The notes under the pieces are model-generated. The model was not told where the DNA came from. It did not search any database and saw only the letters and a list, made by a program, of their open reading frames with translations. Shown here one piece after another: positions 10,003-20,429 of a stretch of DNA of 64,000 nucleotides. Every line of letters begins with the position of its first letter. The first letter of the stretch is position 1. The position numbers and the translations under genes were made by a program. Source of the DNA: an uncultured Oscillibacter sp. (lineage in GTDB: Bacteria; Bacillota; Clostridia; Oscillospirales; Oscillospiraceae); contig CABSBM010000002.1 in the NCBI GenBank assembly GCA_902475955.1, positions 706 through 64,705 on the forward strand, written 5' to 3'.

Positions 10003-10746
10003 CTATGAGATGCGATATTGAAAACCATAAGTTGCTGTAATATTATGCGCTGGTAAGAAATAAAATTCCACCCCCAAGATTTCCTGCAATTCCCATTTTT
10101 GGCCTCCCGATCCAGGCAAAGGGAAAGCCCCGCCGGAGGGTGGTCCGGCGGGGCTTTTACGGTTATTCGTTTCCGGGCAGCTTTCCCGCCCGGCGGCGCT
10201 CTCCGTCCGCAGGAGGCGGTCCGCCAACTCCTCCGGCAGGGGGAGGTCCGCAAGAAAGGTCTCCCCGCCGGGGCAGTAGCGCTGCCGCAGGGCCGTCAGG
10301 TCCAGGTCGAAGCCCTCCCGCGGGAGAGGCACCCCGGCCTCCGCCGTCTCCGGGTCCAGGAAGAGCTCCACGCCCTCATAGAGCCGTCCGGGGTAGAGGT
10401 ACTCCTTCTGGGCGAAGCGCTCCGTCAGGGATACCTGCCCCGCCGTCAGGAAGACGTGGCGGCGGTCGTTCAGGATCAGCTCGCGGCGGCCCCGGAGGCA
10501 GTAGTTGATGAGGAGGGGGCCCTTGGCCTCCGGCGTGCAGGGACCCGGCTGGGGGGCGGGCCAGGAGGGGGCCTCCACGGCGATCCGGGCCAGGGTCAGC
10601 CCCGGGAAGAGGGGGTAGAAGTCCATCCTTCCCCGGCCCTCGGGGCTCCGCAGGCGCAGGGAGGCGCCGTCCTCCCGGTCCTCCACGCTGACGCCGGGCA
10701 GGGCCCGGCAGCTCTCCACAATGCTGGCGGTATTCACGCGATCCAT
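10003..10746 (-). pseudogene. Truncated AraC-family regulator (N-terminal sensor domain only, HTH lost)
   Basis: N-terminal ~185 aa resemble the sensor domain of AraC regulators next to ECF/ABC loci (INYCLRGRRE...YEGVELFLD); frame then runs through a terminator-like hairpin (10124-10157) into AT-rich non-coding-like DNA; no HTH. Confidence 0.6.
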
Positions 10747-10797
10747 CCTTTCCCTCTGGGTTCCCTGTCGTTTTGGAGCGAAATTGCCCGGCGGCGG

Positions 10798-10851
10798 TAG
10801 ACGGCCCCAGGGTGAGCCGCTACAATATGGAATGGTTAGGCGAAGCTAACC
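10798..10851 (+). promoter_or_regulatory. Promoter plus palindromic operator for the mptD-like gene
   Basis: TAGACG(10798)-17-TACAAT(10821); GGTTAG-N6-CTAACC at 10834-10851. Confidence 0.65.
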
Positions 10852-10881
10852 AAGAAACTACACATTTCGGAGGTAATCCCT

Positions 10882-12282
10882 ATGAATGAGAAACTGCGGG
10901 CGAAGGACCTCATCAACGCGGGCCTTTTCACGGTGCTTTACTTCGTGCTGGGCTGCTGCGTGGCCATCCCCATCGGCTTTGTGCCCATCTTCCTGCCCAT
11001 CCTGGGCTCCCTCTGGACCCTCATCACCGGCATCCCCTTCATGCTCTTCGCCGTCCGGGCGAGAAAGTTCGGCATGGTGACCCTGATGGCCATCCTCTCC
11101 GGCCTTCTCATGGGCTCCACCGGCATGGGCTTCTGGGGCGTGCCCCTGGGCGTGGTCTTCGGCCTGCTGGGCGACCTCATCATGAAGTCCGGCCAGTACC
11201 AGAGCTGGAGGAAGACCCTCCTGGGCTACGGCGTTTTCCAGCTCTCCGGCGGGGAAAAGCAGAAGATCGCCTGCGCCGGGGCCTTCCTGATGGAGCCCCC
11301 GGTCTTCGTGCTGGACGAGCCCTCCGCCAACTTGGACGCCGACGCCGTTCTGGAGCTTCGGGGCGTCCTCAAGACATTAAAAGCCCTGGGCAAGACCGTG
11401 ATCCTCTCGGAGCACCGGCTCTACTACCTCCGTGGCCTTGCTGACCGTTACCTCTACCTGTGGGATGGCCGGGTCCAAGGGGACTACTCCGCAGAGGAAT
11501 TTGACGCCATCCCGGCGGAGGAGCGCCGGGCCATGGGCCTCCGGGTCGGGAGTCTGGCGGACCTGACCCTCCGGGAGGAGCCAGACATCCGGCGGGGGAC
11601 CGCCCAGCTCCGGGACTTCCGTTTCGCCTACAAGAACGCCCCGGAGACCCTGCGGATCGATGAGGCGGCCATCCCCTACGGCGGCATCGTGGGCATCCTG
11701 GGCCACAACGGGGCGGGGAAGTCCACCTTCTCCCGCTGCTTCCGCGGCCTGGAGAAGCGCCGCGGCACCGTGACGGTGGACGGCACCGCCCTCCGCCCCA
11801 AGGACCGGCTGGATCGCTGCTACATGGTGACGCGGGACGTGGGGCACCAGCTCTTCACCGAGAGAGTCCTGGACGAGGTGCTCCTCAGCATGCCGGAGGA
11901 GGACGAGGCCCAGGCCAAAGCCATCCTGGACCGGCTGGACCTGACGCCCTATCTGGACCGGCACCCGGCGTCCCTCTCCGGCGGGCAGAAGCAGCGGCTG
12001 GCCGTCGCCTCCGCCCTGGCGGCGGAGCGGAACGTGGTCTTCCTGGATGAGCCCACCAGCGGTCTCGACGACCGCCACATGCGGGAGACCGCCCAGCTCC
12101 TCCGGGAGCTGCGCCGGAGCGGGAAGACCGTCTACGTCATTACCCACGATCCGGAGCTCATCACCGAGTGCTGCACCGACATCCTCCGCCTGGAGGCGGG
12201 CGAGATCGCGGACAGCTATCCCCTGGACGAGGCGGGCCTCGCCAAGGTCCGGGCCTTCTTCCGGGTGGAGGAGACGGACTGA
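10882..12282 (+). pseudogene. In-frame fusion of an MptD-family ECF S-component N-terminus to the C-terminal 1.5 domains of a double ABC ATPase (probable deletion product)
   Basis: aa1-119 MptD/Trep_Strep-like (KDLINAGLFTVLYF...LLGYGVF) joined directly to QLSGGEKQKIAC...LDEPSANLD; first NBD lacks Walker A; second NBD complete (GHNGAGKST, LSGGQKQR). Confidence 0.7.
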
Positions 12283-12306
12283 GCCATCCCTTCTCCACCA
12301 AATCTC

Positions 12307-12337
12307 AGCTCCGCTGCCGAAAGGCGGCGGGGCTTTT
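12307..12337 (+). terminator. Terminator of the fused ECF/ABC gene
   Basis: AGCTCCGCTGCC-gaaa-GGCGGCGGGGCT then TTT. Confidence 0.65.
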
Positions 12338-12361
12338 CCCCGCCTTGGGGCGGATACCCTT

Positions 12362-12417
12362 GGTTAGTATACGCTAACTACGGAGGCCATTCTACCATGC
12401 CGCCCCCGGGATCGCAA
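12362..12417 (-). promoter_or_regulatory. Leftward (antisense) promoter with second GTTAG-N6-CTAAC operator
   Basis: Minus strand TTGCGA(12412-12417)-17-TAGAAT(12389-12394) with TGn extension; GGTTAG-TATACG-CTAACT at 12362-12379. Confidence 0.55.
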
Positions 12418-12443
12418 GAGGGGATATCCCCGGCGGACGGGCG

Positions 12444-12486
12444 AAAAAAGGGACCCCCGTTCCCGGCTTGGCCGGGAACGGGGGGT
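12444..12486 (-). terminator. ppdK terminator
   Basis: ACCCCCGTTCCCGGC/GCCGGGAACGGGGG stem with A-run on + strand (U-tail on minus). Confidence 0.8.
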
Positions 12487-12514
12487 TGATCGAAGAGAGG
12501 GGATACGGGGCGGA

Positions 12515-15145
<2,631 letters not shown>

Positions 15146-15492
15146 TGAAATCCTCCATCTCAAACGTACTCTTCTTCGCTTTTCCGAAATACGGACGGAA
15201 TCCCATCCGTAAACGTTTAAAAACTCAGCCATCCAATTATAAACTGACGAAAAGCGGAAAACAATGCCTGAAAACCACAATTCCGAGGTTCCCTCAGAGA
15301 AAATAACCTGGCGATTTTAGCGATTTTGCACAAGGGCCAGTGAAACGTTTCCGCGGGACGCCTCCCGCCTCCGCCGTCCACCCCCGGAAAACACGGCCAA
15401 AGCCCCATTCCCCGGAATTCCCATCTTCCATTCTGGCCGGAATTGTGTTACACTAAACCATAACTACGCGTGTGTTTGAAAGGAGGGATCGT

Positions 15493-16341
15493 ATGGCGCT
15501 GTGGAAACTGGACCCCGAGGCTCCGGCGGCTGTCTGGCTCCGGGCGGCGGCGGAGCGCCGTGCCCTGCCCCACGCCCTCCTCTTCACCGGGGGGGATGGC
15601 CCCGCCGCGGCAGAGTTCGCCGCCGCCGCCATGGAGTGTACGGCGGACCATGGCCGCCCCTGCGGCGTCTGCCGGGCCTGCCGGAAGGTCCTCTCCGGCA
15701 TCCACCCGGATGTCATCACCGTTCAGGACCCGGAGCACAAGCTCCTCTCGGCGGAGACGGTCCGGAACGTCCGCTCCGACGCCTATATCCGCCCCAACGA
15801 GGGGGAGCGGAAGGTCTACGTCTTCCCGGACTGCGCCCTCCTCACCGAGGCCGACCAGAACATCCTCCTGAAGACCGTGGAGGAGGGACCGCCCTCCGCC
15901 GCCTTCCTCTTCTGCGCCGGGAGCGCCGCCGCCGTGCTGCCGACGCTTCGCTCCCGCTGCGTGGAGTGCAAGCTCCACCCGGAGGAGACGGAGGAGACGC
16001 CCCCCAGTCCCCGGGCGGAGGCCTTCCTCCGTGCCCTGGCCAAGGGAAAGCGGGGAGAGACCGCCGCCGCCTGCGTCCGTCTCGAGCGGGAGAAGCTGAC
16101 AGGTGACGACCTGGAGGCCTTCTGCGCCGAGAGCCGGGAGCTGCTGATCCGGGCCCTGAAGGCCCGCTACGGGGCCCCGGAGGCCGGGGAGCTGCCCCTC
16201 CTCCTGGCAAAAACCTTGACAAACCAGCGCCTGATGCGCACAATAGAGCTGTTGGAGCGCTTCCGGCGGGACTGCCGCTTCCACATCGCCCCGGCCCAGG
16301 CGCTGGGCGCCCTGGCGGCGGAGGCGGAGGAGCTCCTCTGA
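15493..16341 (+). CDS. holB: DNA polymerase III delta-prime-like clamp-loader subunit
   Basis: PHALLF, Zn finger PCGVCRAC...HPDV, QNILLKTVEE.P, TLRSRC; synteny with ricT/yaaT. Confidence 0.75.
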   Translation: MALWKLDPEAPAAVWLRAAAERRALPHALLFTGGDGPAAAEFAAAAMECTADHGRPCGVCRACRKVLSGIHPDVITVQDPEHKLLSAETVRNVRSDAYIRPNEGERKVYVFPDCALLTEADQNILLKTVEEGPPSAAFLFCAGSAAAVLPTLRSRCVECKLHPEETEETPPSPRAEAFLRALAKGKRGETAAACVRLEREKLTGDDLEAFCAESRELLIRALKARYGAPEAGELPLLLAKTLTNQRLMRTIELLERFRRDCRFHIAPAQALGALAAEAEELL

Positions 16342-16403
16342 AAACCATTCCCGGCGAGACGCCGGATACCGTATGTTACGTTGAGAGAAAAGGAGGCGAT
16401 CCT

Positions 16404-17789
16404 TTGACAGAAGTGATCAGCGTCCGCTTTCGGGGCGGATGCAAGAACTATGACTTTGACCCCAAGGGCCTGACGGTGAAGATGGGGGAGGAAGTGGTGG
16501 TGGAGACGGCCCAGGGCCTGGAGTTCGCCACCTGCACCGTGGGCAACCACGAGGTGGAGGACAGCGCCGTGGTCCAGCCCCTCTGCCCGGTGCTCCGCCA
16601 TGCCACCGACGCCGACCGGGCCGCCGTGGAGCGGAACCGCCGGAAGGAGAGCGAGGCCTTTGACATCTGCGAGAAAAAGATCGCGGACCACGGCCTGGAG
16701 ATGAAGCTGGTGAACGTCAGCTGCGGCTTTGACGGCGCCAAGATCATCTTCTTCTTCACCGCCGACGGGCGGGTGGACTTCCGGGAGCTGGTGCGGGACC
16801 TGGCCTCCGTCTTCCGGGCCCGGATCGAGCTCCGGCAGATCGGCGTCCGGGATGAGGCCAAGATGGTGGGCGGTCTCGGCATCTGCGGCCGGCCTTTCTG
16901 CTGCTCCCAGTTCCTGGACAGCTTTCTCCCGGTCTCCATCAAGATGGCCAAGACCCAGAACCTCAGCCTGAACCCCACCAAGATCTCCGGCACCTGCGGC
17001 CGCCTCATGTGCTGCCTCAAGTACGAGCAGAACGCCTATGAGGACGCCCAGAAGCGGATGCCCAAGAACGAGTCCTTCGTCCAGACGCCGGACGGCCCCG
17101 GCAACGTGAAGTCCGTGGACCTCCTGCAGGAGAAGGTCCGGGTGGCGCTGGACAGCGCCGCCCCCTCCGAGCCCCTGAAGACCTACCACAACTGCGAGAT
17201 CTGCGTCCTCCGCAACGGCAAGGGCAGCCGGGAGGGCATCGAGATCCCCGCCGAGCGCCCGGAGCGCTACGTCCCCGAAAAGAAGGAGGAGCGGCCCTTC
17301 GGCCTCACGCCCCTGACCCCCCTGGAGGACGACGGCGGCGGCTGGGACGACATTGAGGCCCCCTCCCGGGAGAAGATCGGGGACGGCAAGCGCCGCCGCT
17401 CCCGCCGCCGGGGCGGCCGGGGCAATGCCCCCCGTCCCGCCCAGGAAAAGCCCGGCAAGCCCGCGGGAGACAAGCCCGCCAAGCCCGAAGCCCCCAAGGA
17501 CAAGCCCCCCAAGGCCGAAGGCGGCCAGCCCAAGTCCGGCGGCAATCGCCGGGGCCGGGGCAGAGGTCCCCGTCCCGAAGGCAAGCCCCAGGATGGCGCC
17601 CAGACCCGGGAGAGCCGTCCGCCCCGTCCCCAGAGCCAGGACGCCCGTCCCCAGGGAGGCCCCGCCCCCAAGGGCGAGAAGGCCGAGGGCGGTGAGGCCC
17701 AGCGCCGCCGCCGTTCCCATCACCGGGGCGGCCGCCGCCGCAAGGGCGGCGAGGGCGGAGCCCCCAGCGCCCCGACCTCCGAGTCCTGA
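16404..17789 (+). CDS. ricT: PSP1-domain / stage 0 sporulation family protein (RicT/YaaT) with long low-complexity tail
   Basis: RVDFRELVRDLA..FRARIELRQIGVRDEAK, GICGRPFCC, KISGTCGRLMCCLKYE; TTG start with AGGAGG RBS. Confidence 0.9.
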   Translation: MTEVISVRFRGGCKNYDFDPKGLTVKMGEEVVVETAQGLEFATCTVGNHEVEDSAVVQPLCPVLRHATDADRAAVERNRRKESEAFDICEKKIADHGLEMKLVNVSCGFDGAKIIFFFTADGRVDFRELVRDLASVFRARIELRQIGVRDEAKMVGGLGICGRPFCCSQFLDSFLPVSIKMAKTQNLSLNPTKISGTCGRLMCCLKYEQNAYEDAQKRMPKNESFVQTPDGPGNVKSVDLLQEKVRVALDSAAPSEPLKTYHNCEICVLRNGKGSREGIEIPAERPERYVPEKKEERPFGLTPLTPLEDDGGGWDDIEAPSREKIGDGKRRRSRRRGGRGNAPRPAQEKPGKPAGDKPAKPEAPKDKPPKAEGGQPKSGGNRRGRGRGPRPEGKPQDGAQTRESRPPRPQSQDARPQGGPAPKGEKAEGGEAQRRRRSHHRGGRRRKGGEGGAPSAPTSES

Positions 17790-17882
17790 CCCGATCCGCC
17801 CGTCCCCCTGTCCCGCCATCCTCCGCCCGCCGCCCTTTTCGGCGGCGGGCGCTTCCATTCCCCCCAACGAAAGGAGATCCCC

Positions 17883-18722
17883 ATGGGAAAATTTGACCGG
17901 GTCCTTCTGGCCTGCGATTTCGACAACACCCTGGTCTACACCGAGCCCGCCCTGGTGGCCGGGGAGCCCATCCCCTCCCTGGGCCCGGAGAACCGGGCGG
18001 CGCTGGAACACTTTACGGCCAACGGCGGGCACTTCGCTGTGGCCACCGGCCGGGCGCTGGCGGCCTTCCAGGCCCTGGCTCCGGACCTGCCCATCAACAC
18101 TCCCTGCGTCATCTGCAACGGCGCCGCCCTCTATGACTTCGCCCAGGGCGAGTACCTGGATTTTAACCTCCTGGACGAGACCGCCCTCCGCCGGGGCCAG
18201 GCCCTGCTGGACGCCTTTCCCACCCTGGCGGTGGAGGCCTACCACATCGGAAACGTGGTCCACGCCGTCCGGCCCAACGAGTATGTCCGCCGCCACGAGC
18301 ACCTGACCCACGTGGGGACGGAGGAGAAGCCCAGCCTCCTGGCTGTCCCCCTGCCCCTGGGCAAGTGCATCTACGAGGACGACCATGAGACCCTTCTCGC
18401 CGTTCGCCGCCGGATGACGGAGGATGGCTGGGACGCCGACTACGAGATCGTCTTCTCCCGGGACAACCTGCTGGAGGTCACCGCCAAGGGGGCCGACAAG
18501 GGCGGTATGGTGCTGCGCCTGGCGGAGCGCCTGGGCATCGCCCGGGAGGATGTCTGCTGCGTGGGGGACGAGGGCAACGACCTCTCCATGCTGCGCGTCG
18601 CCGGTCACGCCTTCGCTCCCGCCAACGGCAGCGCCGCCGTGAAGGCCGTCTCCACCGTGGTCTCCCACGCCCAGGGCCCCGCCGTGGCGGATGTTGTGGC
18701 CATCCTGGACCGGCTGTACTGA
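17883..18722 (+). CDS. Cof-type HAD-IIB hydrolase
   Basis: DFDNTL, ATGR, KG, VGDEGNDLSM motifs. Confidence 0.9.
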   Translation: MGKFDRVLLACDFDNTLVYTEPALVAGEPIPSLGPENRAALEHFTANGGHFAVATGRALAAFQALAPDLPINTPCVICNGAALYDFAQGEYLDFNLLDETALRRGQALLDAFPTLAVEAYHIGNVVHAVRPNEYVRRHEHLTHVGTEEKPSLLAVPLPLGKCIYEDDHETLLAVRRRMTEDGWDADYEIVFSRDNLLEVTAKGADKGGMVLRLAERLGIAREDVCCVGDEGNDLSMLRVAGHAFAPANGSAAVKAVSTVVSHAQGPAVADVVAILDRLY

Positions 18723-18737
18723 GAAATTTAAGAAGAA

Positions 18738-18774
18738 AAGCCTGCCTGCAAGCATTGTACTTTCAGGTAGGCTT
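18738..18774. terminator. Hairpin terminator between Cof hydrolase and radical SAM gene
   Basis: AAGCCTGCCTG...CAGGTAGGCTT inverted repeat between convergent genes. Confidence 0.6.
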
Positions 18775-18794
18775 GACTTTATGCAAATGATTTG

Positions 18795-20075
18795 TCAATT
18801 GATGGGCCGGCGCTCTAATAACTTGGAAACATACCAGACCAAAAGTTCCGGAATGATGTCTTTATAGGCAAAACAGCGAGGCATTTTCGTGAAGAGGGAG
18901 GATCGGCAGCCGCCCTGGCATAGAGGGAGATAGATGCAGGTATCACAAGTGGGATCCAATCCAGTGTCTGTCCACTGGGAAAACGTGTCGGGGTCAGTTA
19001 CACCATTCCAAACATCGCCGATGTTTTGCAGAAAGGTTTCGCTGCATTTTCCCAGCGTTCCGTCGGGAAATATCGCATAACTGGAGGTGCTGCAGGAGGA
19101 GCACTGGTTCTTTTTGTAATTCAGACGGGCCAGCATTCTTGGCGGTGTCATTCCGTACTGCACGATTCGGTCAAAAAGCGCAATTAGATTCTGATCGGCG
19201 GTGGCAGTAGAGTGGAATGGGTCAGCGGCCTCTTCGTTCAGACAACTCCATAGAGGATAAACATAGTAAAAAATATTATGATAGTTTCCGAGTTCCTGGT
19301 GCAGGTAGTCGATGAGGGAGAGGAGACTTTCATAATTTGTCGTATCATAATTCATCCGAATGGAGACGTGGATTTCATTTTCCGCCAAAAGCTTGATATT
19401 GTGGAGAACGTTATCAAAATTATGTTTTTCCGGACAGATGTAGTCTTTTGCTGCATTATAGGTTTTTCGGTCTCCGTCAAGTGTGATCTGCACATATTTG
19501 GTATTCCAGGTTGTTTTCATTTTTTGGACGATGGCCGCATCGATCAAACTGCCGTTGCTGATAAAAGCGCTTTGAAGACGGCAATGAAGACGCTGGCAGG
19601 AGGGGGCCAATTTTCCTACAATGTAATCAATTATGCCGGGATTTAGCAGCGGCTCCCCGCCAAACCACTCAAAGGTGAGGGTGCCGCCTTCCTGCAGCAT
19701 GGGTAGAATAAATGCGATTACTTGATCTGCGGTGGCCTCCGTCATAGTGACAGGAGCGATTCCCTTTTCAAAGCAGTAGTAACAGCGTGCATTGCAGGCC
19801 GAAGTGGTCCAGAGGCGGATTAGATTCTCCTTGCTGTGAAGGATTCCGTTTGCACGATCTTGATGAATAAGAGATTTTTCGTCAGTCCCTTCCGGGACGA
19901 GGATTCCTTTTTTTACGAGTGTTTGTTCCTCTTCCGCAGAGAGTTTGTTTTCGTGGTATCGCTGCAAGGCGCCAGGCTGAAACAGTCCCAACGCACCGGA
20001 AAAGGCATTGAAAATAATGGTTCGTCCATCCGGATAGGGGACGAGAAGGTTGTACAGCGATTTTTGATAGGGCAT
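18795..20075 (-). CDS. Radical SAM/SPASM-domain peptide maturase with probable N-terminal RRE
   Basis: CNARCYYC (CX3CX2C); WFGGEPLL; QITLDG; C-terminal SPASM C...PDGTLGKC...IG...CDTCIYLPLCQGGC...C; ~70-aa N-terminal extension (SLYN...IIFNAFSG...LVKKGILV); GAGAGGAG RBS. Confidence 0.92.
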   Translation of the reverse strand: MPYQKSLYNLLVPYPDGRTIIFNAFSGALGLFQPGALQRYHENKLSAEEEQTLVKKGILVPEGTDEKSLIHQDRANGILHSKENLIRLWTTSACNARCYYCFEKGIAPVTMTEATADQVIAFILPMLQEGGTLTFEWFGGEPLLNPGIIDYIVGKLAPSCQRLHCRLQSAFISNGSLIDAAIVQKMKTTWNTKYVQITLDGDRKTYNAAKDYICPEKHNFDNVLHNIKLLAENEIHVSIRMNYDTTNYESLLSLIDYLHQELGNYHNIFYYVYPLWSCLNEEAADPFHSTATADQNLIALFDRIVQYGMTPPRMLARLNYKKNQCSSCSTSSYAIFPDGTLGKCSETFLQNIGDVWNGVTDPDTFSQWTDTGLDPTCDTCIYLPLCQGGCRSSLFTKMPRCFAYKDIIPELLVWYVSKLLERRPIN

Positions 20076-20098
20076 AGTGAACTCCTCTCAAAAAGCTT

Positions 20099-20139
20099 GA
20101 AAATGCCCACCGGATCATCGACGAGCGGTGGGCATTTTC
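20099..20139 (-). terminator. Perfect 14-bp hairpin between precursor and maturase genes (leaky terminator or stabiliser)
   Basis: GAAAATGCCCACCG-13 nt-CGGTGGGCATTTTC, followed on minus strand by AAGCTTTTT. Confidence 0.7.
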
Positions 20140-20160
20140 GCAAGTGAACTTGTGAAAAAA

Positions 20161-20256
20161 TCAATTGTCACAACTGTGGCAGGTTCCCTGGCATCCCTGA
20201 TCATCGCAGTAGCAGGAACAAGCTTCGGAAACTTCGATGTCTTCAAAAAACTCCAT
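20161..20256 (-). CDS. 31-aa six-cysteine RiPP precursor peptide candidate MEFFEDIEVSEACSCYCDDQGCQGTCHSCDN
   Basis: Hand-translated, absent from ORF track; AAGGGAG RBS just before ATG; acidic leader plus Cys-rich core; immediately upstream of and co-directional with the rSAM/SPASM gene. Confidence 0.85.
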   Translation of the reverse strand: MEFFEDIEVSEACSCYCDDQGCQGTCHSCDN

Positions 20257-20303
20257 GAAAACACTCCCTTCTAAAATTGGCCATGGTTCCCTACTCTTTC
20301 CAT

Positions 20304-20333
20304 ATGATGGCATGAACTATAAAACTGCGTCAA
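20304..20333 (-). promoter_or_regulatory. Putative promoter of the peptide-rSAM operon
   Basis: Minus strand TTGACG-18 nt-(TGC)CATCAT. Confidence 0.45.
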
Positions 20334-20429
20334 TAGGAATGAACGGGCAATTTTATGGAATTTTGTAAGACACGGACCGGGTCACCTACAAGGTCACGCT
20401 GGTGAAGGCATGGCGGCGGCTCCTTTCTG

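Noticed and set aside
15493..15620. Missing Walker A in holB-like gene as a sign of pseudogenisation
   Set aside because: Delta-prime subunits are catalytically inactive and often degenerate here; the rest of the ORF and its synteny are intact.
19278..20164. ORF-track entries 19278-19646, 19836-20147, 19882-20118 and 19913-20164 as the precursor
   Set aside because: They overlap the rSAM gene or the hairpin and lack an RBS; the 20161-20256 ORF has an RBS and precursor-like composition.
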